51,628 nucleotides of DNA from assembly GCA_002633005.1 (NCBI GenBank), contig NMRA01001128.1, positions 1 through 51,628 on the forward strand, in the 5' to 3' direction. The stretch comes from Phoronis australis (lineage: Eukaryota > Animalia > Phoronida). The position numbers and the translations under genes were made by a program. The notes under the pieces are model-generated. The model ran no database searches, was not told the DNA's origin, and saw nothing but the letters and a program-made list of their open reading frames with translations. Below are positions 1 through 11,031 of this stretch, in pieces (position 1 is the first letter of the stretch; the number at the start of each line of letters is the position of its first letter).

Positions 1-446
1 GCAGTATAGAGTTTGTGCTGTGGCAAGTCTGTGAATCAATCTGTTTGTATTGTGTTACTGTTGACCTCGAAACTGTGTTGAAACCGAGCTGAGTGTCTGG
101 CGGTGCCGTTAGTTTTGTTGCGTACGTCCCCTGCAGCCGTCGCCCTATGTTTGATTGATCAAACCATTGGCTTTCTGTTTCTGTGTTGTTTGACTAACAT
201 TTGGGTCCAGTGGAATGGATACTGTGGTTTTCTTCTGTGGTTACTTCTGCCCACGTCTCTTGACCTGCTGTCAATATTGGGATGATGAGTTGTTGGGAGC
301 TTTATACCCTGTGATGTCAAGCTGTCCCCCTTGGGCAGGATTGCGTGTAGGGGTGTCTAGTGAAAAGTTGTCATGTTGATTTGTTTTTATGGTGTCTTTA
401 AATGGGAGAGGTGTCTTCAAGATGACAAGTTTTCACCTACATAGTG

Positions 447-946
447 CAGGGCTTGGAATTTTCCGCGGAAACGCGGATTTCCGCTTTTTTCAAATGTTCT
501 GTCCGCGCATTTTATTAGATTTCCGCGTAAAAAAAATCGGGATTTGAGATAAGATTTCTGCTGCAATTTCCTTTCTTACCACGGCGTTGCAGACGACGTT
601 CACCTCGAAAAGCGGAAGTTGCTCTTTATGTTTCGGAGGAACGTAAATTGTCAACATTGCCGGGGCATCTGGGATAGCGTGGTGGGATTTTCAATGGCGT
701 CTCGTGTTATTGTAAACCATGGCGACAAATACTACGGCTCTGCAGTCAAAAATGTGTGGGTTGGGAGTGGACGGACGAGCTAAAAGGACGCAGACGCATG
801 CTAATGATGGTTGGTAACGTTTTTTTTTTATTCCTCCCGATTTTTGTCGGGGAAAGGTTCATATCGACCATTTCAAGGCTGGGTAGCGCGCATGATTTGG
901 CCGTAAAAGTTTCCGCGTTTTTTGTCATTGGTCATTCCAAGCCCTG
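447..946. mobile_element. MITE family A copy 1 (hAT-like, CAGGGCTTGGAAT TIRs, 6-bp TSD)
   Basis: 13-bp perfect TIR cagggcttggaat...attccaagccctg; flanked by atagtg on both sides; near-identical copy at 1640-2002. Confidence 0.9.
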
Positions 947-947
947 A

Positions 948-1103
948 TAGTGGCGGATTTAAGGGGGTCAGCATAGGGACCATGGCCCCCCTAAAATTCT
1001 TCCATATTCCATTTGGAAGTTTTGGGGTGGCAATATCTCATGGGCAGAATCCTGGCTAATACTCTACTCTGCCCCTCAACTCAAAATCCTGGATCCGCCC
1101 ATG
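948..1103. mobile_element. Small MITE family B (AGTGGCGGAT...ATCCGCC ends)
   Basis: Imperfect TIRs; homologous in inverted orientation to 34793-34945 along its whole length. Confidence 0.75.
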
Positions 1104-1360
1104 CCCCAATGACGGGGCTCGTGTTGATTTTGAAATAATACGAGCTCTTTGACTGCTCTTTTGTAGGATTATTTGAGCAAGGCATACTTTCAGTGAAAGT
1201 GTTTTGGGTTGTAACATAAGAAGGATTTTATGTCCAGTGAAGGGTAATCACTGGTTTGAAATGTCACAAGAATATTTTTTGCAAAATTTTTTAAGTCCGG
1301 TCAGCATGCCACATATGGTCACGTCACGTGACCTAATGAATATAATTCTGAAAAGATTTC

Positions 1361-1430
1361 TGTCCAAACCGGGAGTCGATCCCGGGACCGTCTGCTAATC
1401 GTGCAGACTCAGATAGCGTGCTGATCAGAC
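1361..1430 (-). pseudogene. tRNA-derived pseudogene / SINE-like head
   Basis: The minus strand folds into a T-arm CCGGG-ATCGACT-CCCGG and an anticodon-like arm GTCTGC-7nt-GCAGAC. The D-arm is truncated and the acceptor stem is imperfect. Confidence 0.5.
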
Positions 1431-1639
1431 TTAAAAATAGTTTGTGATATGTATTTCCACACCGGTTTAAGAATTGCGTATGCTTTGCTCAGTACCTTGT
1501 CACTGTTGGTAAAGAGCATGCCCTGATACATGCGCTCCCCCTTTCTCCAGTTAGGAGTTGAGGATTCTGGGGTCATGTGATCACGAGGCTAAGTCTATAT
1601 ATGGTTAATGTTGATTGCAAGTCTGCATTGTTAAATGAG

Positions 1640-2002
1640 CAGGGCTTGGAATTTTCCGCGGAAACGCGGATTTCCGCTTTTTTCAAATGTTCTGTACGTG
1701 CATTTTATTATATTTCCGCGTAAAAAAATCGGATTTGATATAAAATTTCCGCGGCAAATACCCTTGCAGACGACGTTCACCTCGAAAAGCGGAAGTTGCT
1801 CTTTATGTTTCGGAGGAACGTAAATTGTCAACATTGCCGGGGCATCTGGGATAGCGTGGTGGGATTTTCAATGGCGCCTCGTGTTATTGTAAACCGCGGC
1901 GACAAATACTACGGCTCTGCAGCCAAAAATGTGTGGGTTGGGAGTGGAGGGATGAGCCGTAAAAGTTTCCGCTTTTTTTGTCATTGGTCATTCCAAGCCC
2001 TG
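1640..2002. mobile_element. MITE family A copy 2 (internally shorter)
   Basis: Same 13-bp TIRs; 6-bp TSD aatgag (1634-1639 and 2003-2008); lacks about 140 bp of internal sequence present in copy 1. Confidence 0.9.
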
Positions 2003-2136
2003 AATGAGTGAAGATCTACCTTACTTTAACCCCTTGTATTGTATATTTATTTGGTACAGATAGAGGCTGTGGTTAAATTAACAAATTCTTGCTCTTGTTT
2101 TTTTTTCGTAGTTAACATATTGTTTGCTTCTCACAG

Positions 2137-2226
2137 AAACTTCACCATGAAATGTTATCCGACCGACCCAGGACACTTGCCTACCTCAATGCTATGAAGG
2201 TCCACCAAGACTGCTTCAGAGATAAG
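2137..2226 (+). CDS. PRMT2: PRMT2 exon (KLHHEMLSDRPRT...CFRDK)
   Basis: Acceptor tcacag ends at 2136; donor gt starts at 2227; phase 0/0. Not present in the ORF track. Confidence 0.9.
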
Positions 2227-5200
2227 GTTTCTCTTCTTTTCTTTCAACAGTAAGCCAGTAGGGTACACTTATCTCGTTTTTGTTCATCTTACTCGGTGTT
2301 GGTTCTTTGAGTCATTGTAAATACTGTGAAATTACAGTGTTCAAATATTTAATGGCTATTTTTGGGGAGTCTAGTAGCGTTCTAAAATAATTCAAAAGCT
2401 CAACACCATCTTTTGGATTAGAAACGAAATGAAATGAACGGAAGTGAGACGACAAGTATTTGATAAACGTTTACTGTTGAACATAAGTGTGATGAGATGT
2501 TCAAAAGGAATAGTGTTCACTTAAAACTGAAGCAAGTTGCATACACGAAGGCGTCTGTTCAAAATGGTTCCTAAGTGGTGGATGGGGAAAGTTCATTTTA
2601 GACTCTAGCCCTACTTGTGTATGCACGTTTGTTGAAAGTCTGGTTGGAAAGCTTATTGGGAACTGTATTCAGTTCATTTCACACTATTCCCGACACCACA
2701 GACAGTGATGTGAGGCTAGGACGCCATTCTCCTATCTAATGGAAACATTTGACATCCCTTGATTGTTGTTTATGCTGAGGAGGTAGCTTGGACTTGAGCA
2801 GGGCCATCCCTACAATTAATTTCCTCGCCGGGTTGCATGAAACAGTCGCAAATAGGGACTCAACTAAGCTCTCTGAATCTTATGCGTATTCATTTCGTTC
2901 TTTACCCACTTTTGTTATATTTTTCTGTCATTTTAACTTAATTATGAGCTCCTCTTTGACTTAATGACATAATGTAAGTAAAAACTGACCTTGATTGAGT
3001 CATAATAGTTAGCGAATTGGTCCTTAAATTAGAGGCGTTGCGTGAAATGAAACCTACTAATATTTTCATTAATATTTAGAATTCAATGTAGAGTTCACTC
3101 TCGATTTGTATCAAAGCCAAAAATTGACACGATAATGAGACCCAAACAGCATAAAAAAGACAATCGGTGTTTTCACAAATCGGTGTTTTCACAAGTCCAC
3201 AAATACGCAGTAGATTTAGGAAGCTTAGTTGATATGAGTCCCTATTTGGGACTGTGTCATGTAAGCGGGCACTGGTATCTTAACAGCCCATGTCACATCA
3301 GATGCTGCGAAGTAACGTACGTACACTTATACCAGACTTTTTCCTCAAAATGTTGCACAAACTTCCTGTCACATGGTATTCATTCTCCTGTGCCTGTATA
3401 ACATCAACATTTTCTTGCCCATAGGTGGTGCTAGACGTGGGATGTGGAACTGGAGTACTGAGCATGTTTGCTGCCAAGTATGGTTTAGCTAAGACGGTAA
3501 GTTATGTGTAGTTGTTGTAAGGGGTTTGCTTTGTACTGAGTAACAAGCCTTTGGGTGAACTAATGATGTATTGATGTGTTTATCAGTTCTCAATTTTTGT
3601 TCACAATCCAGTAATCTGGTTGGAAACACGACTGTTATTTCTGTCTGACAGCGTGATGCATACTCTCTGACTAGTACTTTCTGTACAATTTGTGATCTTC
3701 CGGTGCGCGGTTGTAAGGAATATTGCTAATAGACATTACAAACAAAAAGGTTATAATAGTGGCTGTACTTTGGTAGCACTATCCTCGTCCTGAGGCACTC
3801 GGTAAAGTGAATGTGATGGATTAGCAGCCACAGCTGGTAGAAGGGCTTTCAAGCAGAGAACGGTCGTGCCCTTTTATATTCGGAAGACGGCGATGCATTC
3901 CCAATTTTGGACAGGTCTGATGTATTCTACGCCATCTAATAGCCGTTTTTATGATAATTGTAAACATACCTAGAAGCCTTCCATTTGCGGTGCATTTGAG
4001 GGTGCGTTTCAAGGCTCCACTCAACTCTTTTTAATATGTAATTTATAACTTAGTAATAATCTAACAGAATTTGCAAAATCACAAAACATAAAGAAGTGAA
4101 TTTTACGTTTGCTAAAACGAAATCTGTTTTTGAAAACAGAAAGCCACAGTCTCTACTACCGTAATCGTTCGGGTTAACGCCCATGCTCAGTTAACCGCCC
4201 ACCCCCTACTTTAGGTGAATTTCGATTTAACCGCCCACTGCTCGGTTAACCGCCCCCCTGCTATTTTTGAAGATTTCCAATTAACCGCCCACTGCTCGGT
4301 TAACCGCCCATCCCCTACTTTTGCCGATTGGTGATTACCGCCCTGTGCTAATAGGAAACGCGAATCCCCGACCTTTTAGATTAAGATCGATGATAACATT
4401 GAGTGCAACGACGGCCTCAGAGACCGCGGTTTAGCAATGTGAATTATGATACCAGTAACAAATTATTGTAACGGGTCATCGATTAACTTCAAAATGTAAT
4501 ACTTGAACACTTTGTCACTTTCTTTTCTTCTCATGTTCGCAAACTTTAGGAACCGCGCTGGCGTCTACACCTCCACTTTCAGCCACAATCTCTGCCGCAC
4601 TGAGTTATCGACTACAGTGCACTATATAAAAGATGCATTCGAAATAACCAGGTCAGAGAAATGTGACATTGCTTTTGCCAACCCTCTGAATGCGCTTTAG
4701 GTTGTAAGCTCTCGGGATTTTGAAGAATTCCCATAAACCGCGAAAAGTTGATAAATTCTTTATATTTTGGTGAGTGTAATTGCCGGGTTATCGAGATCCC
4801 CGTCTTTCGAGTACTCTCGTCACGGTAATTTCGTCGCATATAGTAAACCGGGGTTACTTACCCGAACAATTAAGGCTTCGTCTAAGAATTATTTTTACCG
4901 AGAATAGATGGTTTCATTTGCTAACAAAAGCTGCGTCTCGCAGTCGAAACGAAAACCGCAACGACGGTTGTTCAAGGTCGACACTGGAATCGGCCGACTT
5001 CTTGTTTGCTAAGTCGACCAGTAAAAACGCGAGTGTAGACAGAAACTCGTGTTTGTGTTTTGCAATGTAACTTGGTGGCAATTTTTTGAATGTAGAGTTT
5101 GTTAACAAAAAGTTTGTTATTGTATTTAGCCATTGAAAGGCCAGAGTACCGTACATGTCAACTCCACATACCGGCAACATAAACAGGCGAATCGACAGTG

Positions 5201-8200
5201 CATGGCAGCTGAATAGTTGAACCCGATTTCGTGATTGATTATACATTTTTATGCTTTTTGACCATTCAGACCAGGAGTACATTCTGTTATCTCGAAATGA
5301 TTTTGAACTGAAATTCGGAACTGCTGGTAGTCCTTGTCTACGTGACCGTCAGTTAAGTTGTTTATTATGGGAGTGCACTGATCACAGGAAAAATGGGTCA
5401 GCACGTGACCACAACTGGGTTAAAACGACAGCACAGCTACCGTCTGCTACGCAGGTGAACATGTTCAACGTCTGCGAAGTATAGTGAAATAATGAGCATA
5501 ATTCGCAATAATCGGTCTCACCTGAGGCGCCATATTATGTAGCAAACTTTCTATGCAAGCGTTCGGAGTTTGACCACACTCTACATTTTCGAAACTATTT
5601 GTTAATTAGAGTGCGCAGAGTACGCACTTGGTGGCGATAAAGTTCTTTTCAAAGTGTTAGGCGATCCCAGTATGTGGCTTAGTACGTGTGGTGACTCAGA
5701 TCATAAGGTAAGATTAACCGCCCAGGGCGGTTGCCGGTCGTAATAAGCGCCCATGTTCAGTTAACCGCCCCCCCCCCGATTTCTTGAAATTTCACGTTTA
5801 AGCGCCCATGTCTGGTTAACCGCCCACCCCCGATTTTTTGGGTTCGCCAATTTAACCGCCCAGGGCGTTAACCCGAGCGATTACGGTAGTACGGTTTGTT
5901 CATCGCCCTTAATACATCCAAAGTTAAAAATGGTTTTACCATGTCAGGTTTTTGCAGTCGAAGCCAGTGATATGGCCACCTATGCCAAACAACTAGTAGC
6001 TGCCAATGGCCTGTCTGACACGGTCCAAGTGATTAATGCTCCAGTGGAGGAGGCAGACATACCTGAGAAGGTTGACATCATCATCTCAGAATGGATGGGC
6101 ACGCTCTTATTGGTGAGAAAGTGTTAAGCTCCGTTCACACCGGTCCTGGAATGGGCAAGGTTGATGGTTGTTCGGTTATCGGTACATTTCTGCTTTTTCT
6201 GAGTGAAAATCGACCTTTTTATATTAATTCTAAATCCATTGTGATTTTTTTCATTTATTGAATGGGTAGGGGTATATTGAAGGGGTAGGGGTATATTGAA
6301 GGGTGTAGGGCTATATTCCTTCATGGTAGTCCGCCATAATTCTTTCCTACGACAATTGGTCATGTTTGCATTTTCGCCGTCTTTAGTTTTGCTCAGTCTA
6401 CAATGTAATTGGCCAAAACATTGATGGCGAGAGTGTGAAAGCCAATCATAATAGTTCTTACAAAAGAACTTACTACTTCTCATGCTCATTGACTGCTCTT
6501 CATCAGTGCGCTTCTCTTTCGTATCTGCTTTTTTATTTTTACTCAAAATGCCGAATACAATTGACAACTGTCACAAAGCATAGGTACAGGAAATCGGTGC
6601 TGGAATTAAAAGCAAGTTTAGGTGCAATTGGTTGGATCATAATGTTACAAGAACTTTTAGTAGATAGCAAACATGAACCCGTGTCTGTTACCATTGGCAA
6701 TTTCATTAAGAAACTCAACGTTGTGGGGAAAAGCATTGTGTTCTGTTTGTGATGATGTTTACTGATCAAGAGGACTGATTTGACTCGCATTTGCGTGTAG
6801 AATTGGTTGAAAACATGACACTTATTGTTATTAACAATCTTTATTCCGTTCCGTTCGTATCCTTGGAACACTCAACAGAACATTGGTAAAGCAACTGACC
6901 AAGGGATATGATTAAAAGACACGCGATATCTCAAAACACTTGTTTCATTCTCAAGTGGAAATATAAGGATGCAGTAATACCACCACAGAGCATAAGCTGG
7001 AGTTATACACAGTGGGACACTGTAGGTGGGAAATACTGCAAAGAATGACAAATGAAGGGGAGTAAGATGTAATAAATATACAAAAAGGCAACAAATATTT
7101 TTTGTCTACTAATGCTGAGATTTGTTGGAGTTTGACAAATTTGTCTTGTTATAGAACTGAATCATCTGCAATATGACAATCAGCCTTGTACTTAGATTTT
7201 TGTGAGACTTTCAGTGCATGTCTTCTCTTCAAGGAGCACCATCTTTAGGTGCTTATCTAGAAATTCTTCAATGACTCTGGACTGTGTTTTTGAAAGACCT
7301 TACTTTTGGAAACACACGAACGAACATGATGGATGTGTATTTGAAAGTTTTTTTGAGATGAATTTGCGGAAAAGTTAATTTTTGAAAATGCTTTACTTTA
7401 TATGTTAAAAATTGACAGGTGGCCTGATGCAGTGTGCAGTGTACCAGGCATGCTTGGGTCATGTGACTATACCTGTTGTTTTGGTCACTTTCATCATTTT
7501 GCCCTTGGCAACTAATCCAAGAATTATTATTACAACTTCTTGGTTGATACCCTCTTCAAATGCCTTGTGTCACTTTTACATGCGGGACACTTCAGACAAT
7601 TGAAACACCACTTGTATAATATTTACCATTGTTACCCTAAAAATTAATCTAATTGGACTTTCAGCATGTAAAGAAATGTAGATGGCAGTTGAAATTAATG
7701 TATATTAGGGACAGTCGTCTTCTCTCAACTCTTTAATTTCATCTCTTTTGCTGGAAAAAAATCTTTTTTAACTAAATAGTTTATAGTGTAGCTGTTGTGA
7801 GGTGATATCAGATCAAAAATTCTTAATTTTACTTTTCAGTTCGAGTACATGATAGAGGCAGTGCTGAGTGCCCGTCAGCTCCACCTGAAGGAAGATGGGG
7901 GTACTATGTGGCCGGGTGTAGCCACACTACACCTGTGTCCATGTAACGCCGACCAGGTGTACAAAGAGCGGGTCACCTTCTGGACTGAGCAGTATGGATT
8001 GGACCTCAGGCCTCTGGTGTGCGTATTGACACAAGATTGTCACAAACGAGGTGACTTGCATTTGAAATACGGACACCATAGCCAAGCGTAATTCCCACAT
8101 TTCTGTCAGTGTAATGGATACATTGCACTTTCGTCTCAGGAAATTGATAGCGCTGTCTCACAATACATGTACATTTCACTACAAAGGACTTTTAAGTAAT

Positions 8201-10416
8201 ACTTGAAATTAATTGTCCAGCTTAGTGCATCTGTTACCACAGCACTATAGTAGTATGTTTAATGTACTGAGCATTGGCAACTGAGACATTCAAGAACAAG
8301 ACTGCGTATGCTCGGTTTCATTGTTGACTGTATGAACCACACCACTGCTCTTTATCATTTTTCCAAGATCTCTTGCACTCTCCAAATTCTGGCCATGGAT
8401 TTGTAGTGTCAAACCAACTTGACTGAAAAGCTTCCTTACAGTATTTTTGCCTGTTTACAGCCCTCTTAGTCGTGAAGAGTTCCTCTCCCGTCCAATCATC
8501 AGCTCTGTCGTGAAGCCTGAAGATTGCCTGTCGGACAGCCAGGAGATCCTTCGTATTGACATGGCCCATCAGGACATTGCTGATTTAGAAGAGTTTGTGT
8601 CACCGTTTGTGTTCAAGGTTACACGGGACAGGATGTGTCACGGCTTCGTCTCGTGGTTCTGTGTTAAGTTTGATTCAAAAGAGTGCGATCATGGTGCCGT
8701 CTCTCTTTCTACAGGCCCCAATGATGAGTAAGTGGACTCGTAGTTGTCATTCTGTGAGGCCGAGCAATTTGAGAAAGTTGCATTCATACTGCCTTCAAGA
8801 TTGATTTAATGTAATAAATTCCATTTGGTGCTTAAAAAGGTGAAACATCCAGTATCTTTATGCCAAAGTTAAACAGCTATAATGAATATGTAGTGTAATA
8901 GCCCAAGGTAGGCTTAGAAGAACTGACCGTATGGCATTACTATGGTCTGTGGTTAATAAACTGGTGAACATGACTTGACTGGAAGAAAAGCAACAAGGGA
9001 GATAACTGCTGCATTTTTACTTTCCTAGAACAACACACTGGAAGCAAGCACTGCTTTTGTTGGATGAACCATTTTACGTTACCATGGGTGATGAGGTTAA
9101 AGGTCAGGTGAAGGTGTGTCGAAATGACTTGTGGAGGCGCCACTTGTCCATCACCATTACTTTTGACTGTACGTTAAAGGCCGGCATGTCAAAACAGTCC
9201 GTGATTTTTCCAATGAAGGTGAGCACCAAGTTATTAATTTTAGATACCCTGTTTTTCCGTTTTCAAAAACGGAGAAATCTTACGTCGCTTCAGCTCCATT
9301 TTAAGCTGCAGGCCGGTGTTTATTGTTTCTCGAAACTGGAAAAAGAATGGCTCCACCTTCAGAAAAAATAAACTATTTGTATGACGTAGCATGAGAATGC
9401 TCCCATAGACCTTTTGAACATTTTGATAGCATAGAAGTGTCTTGTTTGACCCAACTTCTAATTCTGGGGTACAAGATGGCTGACTTGATAGGGATAGAAT
9501 GCAAATTTCTTTCATTCTCAGTGATTTTGAGGCATTGAACATCCCACTAGGCAATAGTGCAAATTCAAGAGTTGATGTTTGAAAATATCGGACTTCATTA
9601 AATCTACAGTCTAATCATGCTGTTGAACCTTATTACTATGCGTATTTTATGTTGCCGCCATGTTGGAAAATGCCAACTGTTCCTGGTAGCGATCATTAGC
9701 ATGTTGGTCTATTTTCTGTGTACTGANAACCACCCAGGGCGTTAACCCGAACGATTACGGTAATTGTAGATACCCTGTTTTTCCGTTTTCAAAAACGGAG
9801 AAATCTTACGTCGCTTCAGCTCCATTTTAAGCTGCACGCCGGTGTTTATTGTTTCTCGAAACTCGAAAAAGAACGGCTCCACCTTCAAAAAAAATAAACT
9901 ATTTGGATGACGTAGCATGAGAATGCTCCCATAGACCTTTTGAACATTTTGATAGCATAGAAGTGTCTTGTTTGACCCAACTTCTAATTCTGGGGTACAA
10001 GATGGCTGACTTGATAGGGATAGAATGGAAATTTCTTTCATTCTCAGTGATTTTGAGGCATTGAACATCCCACTAGGCAATAGTGCAAATTCAAGAGTTG
10101 ATGTTTGAAAATATCAGACTGCATTAAATCTACAGTCTACTCATGCTGTTGAACCTTATTACTATGCGTATTTCATTATGTTGCCGCCATGTTGGAAAAT
10201 GCCAACTGTTCCTGGTAGCGATCATTAGCATGTTGGTCTGTTTTCTGTGTACTGAGGGAAAAACCTGTAGTGGAGAGGTGAAATTATGACCTGAAAAATT
10301 CGTGGAAATGACAAAACAACTTGATTGAGAATCACATCCAGTTTTGATTGGTCATTAATTTGTATCTGTTATTTTCTTTACAGAGTTATGACAAGACATT
10401 TTACTTATGGAGGTGA
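2137..10416 (+). CDS. PRMT2: Protein arginine N-methyltransferase 2-like, 5'-partial; join(2137-2226,3425-3496,5948-6112,7840-8018,8461-8727,9029-9218,10384-10416)
   Basis: Seven GT-AG bounded exons join in frame (996 nt, 331 aa plus stop). They carry KLHHEMLSDRPRT, motif I VLDVGCGTG, post-I VFAVEAS, the double-E loop IISEWMGTLLLFEYM, the THW loop TTHWKQ, RNDLWRRHLS and C-terminal FYLWR*. These closely follow vertebrate PRMT2 as I recall it (KLHLEMLADQPRT, SEWMGTCLLFEFM, KPEDCLS, RNPVWRRHMS, FPIWR). Confidence 0.93.
3425..3496 (+). CDS. PRMT2: PRMT2 exon (VVLDVGCGTGVLSMFAAKYGLAKT)
   Basis: Acceptor catag, donor gtaagt; encodes SAM-binding motif I. Confidence 0.93.
4159..5886. mobile_element. 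Non-autonomous Tc1/mariner (pogo/Tigger-like) DNA transposon in a PRMT2 intron
   Basis: TA|CCGTAATCGTTCGGGTTAACGCCC ... GGGCGTTAACCCGAGCGATTACGG|TA (24-bp TIR, 1 mismatch, TA TSD). Multiple subterminal TTAACCGCCC repeats at both ends; no transposase ORF. Confidence 0.88.
5948..6112 (+). CDS. PRMT2: PRMT2 exon (VFAVEAS...ISEWMGTLLL)
   Basis: Acceptor tgtcag, donor gtgaga; lies within ORF 5930..6127. Confidence 0.93.
7840..8018 (+). CDS. PRMT2: PRMT2 exon (FEYMIEAVL...GLDLRPLV)
   Basis: Acceptor ttttcag, donor gtgcgt at 8019 (phase 2, matching the next exon). Confidence 0.9.
8461..8727 (+). CDS. PRMT2: PRMT2 exon (PLSREEF...STGPND)
   Basis: Acceptor tttacag, donor gtaagt; contains KPEDCLS and HGFVSWF. 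Confidence 0.92.
9029..9218 (+). CDS. PRMT2: PRMT2 exon (TTHWKQ...VIFPMK)
   Basis: Acceptor ttcctag, donor gtgagc; encodes the THW loop. Confidence 0.92.
9235..10255 (+). repeat. Near-identical direct duplication (9235-9726 / 9761-10255) across the N at 9727; probable haplotype overlap
   Basis: About 490-bp copies with scattered SNPs; a single N sits at the junction. Confidence 0.85.
9728..9760. mobile_element. Right terminus of a second copy of the CCGTA element, truncated by an assembly N
   Basis: cccagggcgttaacccgaacgattacgg|ta matches 5859-5888. Confidence 0.85.
10384..10416 (+). CDS. PRMT2: PRMT2 terminal coding exon (SYDKTFYLWR*)
   Basis: Acceptor ttctttacag; the peptide matches the PRMT2-type C-terminus; TGA stop. 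Confidence 0.85.
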   Translation, partial: SYDKTFYLWR

Positions 10417-10608
10417 CCCTGGCTGTGCAGTAGAATCGGGTGCCAAGCAGACATCATCTATAATTCAGTTACCACGGTTACAGCAGTGTCTTGGAAGAGG
10501 CCACTGTTTTGACCTGCAGTCAAATGTGGTTCCATTGCTGCTTTTTAGGACAATTTACAACTTGATTTAAGACAATCTGACCACCGTCCATCAATTTTGT
10601 TTTGGTTA

Positions 10609-10774
10609 GTGTATTGCCGCGCCTTCAGGCACATGGATCTGTATCCGAAATAATGCTCTTTTTTCGCATTCTTTTTTATTCAAGTGGCTCGCATATTGGT
10701 GTCTACACCTGAGTTTTTCATACAAGCGCTTTTCCACAGATGCTCATGGGCAGGCTAATGGCGCGGCAATACAG
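10609..10774. mobile_element. Short MITE in the PRMT2 3' UTR
   Basis: TIR tgtattgccgcgcc ... ggcgcggcaataca, flanked by TA on both sides. Confidence 0.7.
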
Positions 10775-11025
10775 TAGTGAGTTGAGAAATTGGTAAACTT
10801 GATACTGTCGATATCTTATACGATGACGAGAATGCTACCAGATTTTATTGGTATATACCGTATATGCTGTTGTGATATTGCGATGCATCAGTTCACAAGC
10901 AGAATTAGCAACATTTTATGTCTTTGAATAATAGATATTGTGTGAAAGTGTATTTTTATTTAAGAAAAACTCGTCCACTATTGCTGCCACTGATTTTTGA
11001 AATATTTAATTGTGCAAATGTTTTT

Positions 11026-11031
11026 AATAAA
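11026..11031 (+). promoter_or_regulatory. Candidate polyadenylation signal of PRMT2
   Basis: AATAAA about 610 nt after the stop, followed by a GT/T-rich tract (ttgttgttgttg). Confidence 0.55.

Noticed and set aside
1-420. LINE endonuclease fragment on the minus strand (LDITGYK, TESQWF)
   Set aside because: The compositional bias and weak echoes are suggestive but too degenerate to annotate.
3755-3835. HDV-like ribozyme around TCCTCGTCC
   Set aside because: The P3 and P1 pairings cannot be formed around the putative L3 loop.
5948-5957. Alternative acceptor tttttgcag inside the PRMT2 exon
   Set aside because: Using it would remove 10 nt, shift the frame and destroy the conserved VFAVE motif.
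9240-10080. Duplicated 104/112-aa minus-strand ORFs as tandem genes
   Set aside because: They are intronic, have no recognisable domain, and are duplicated only because of the N-junction overlap.
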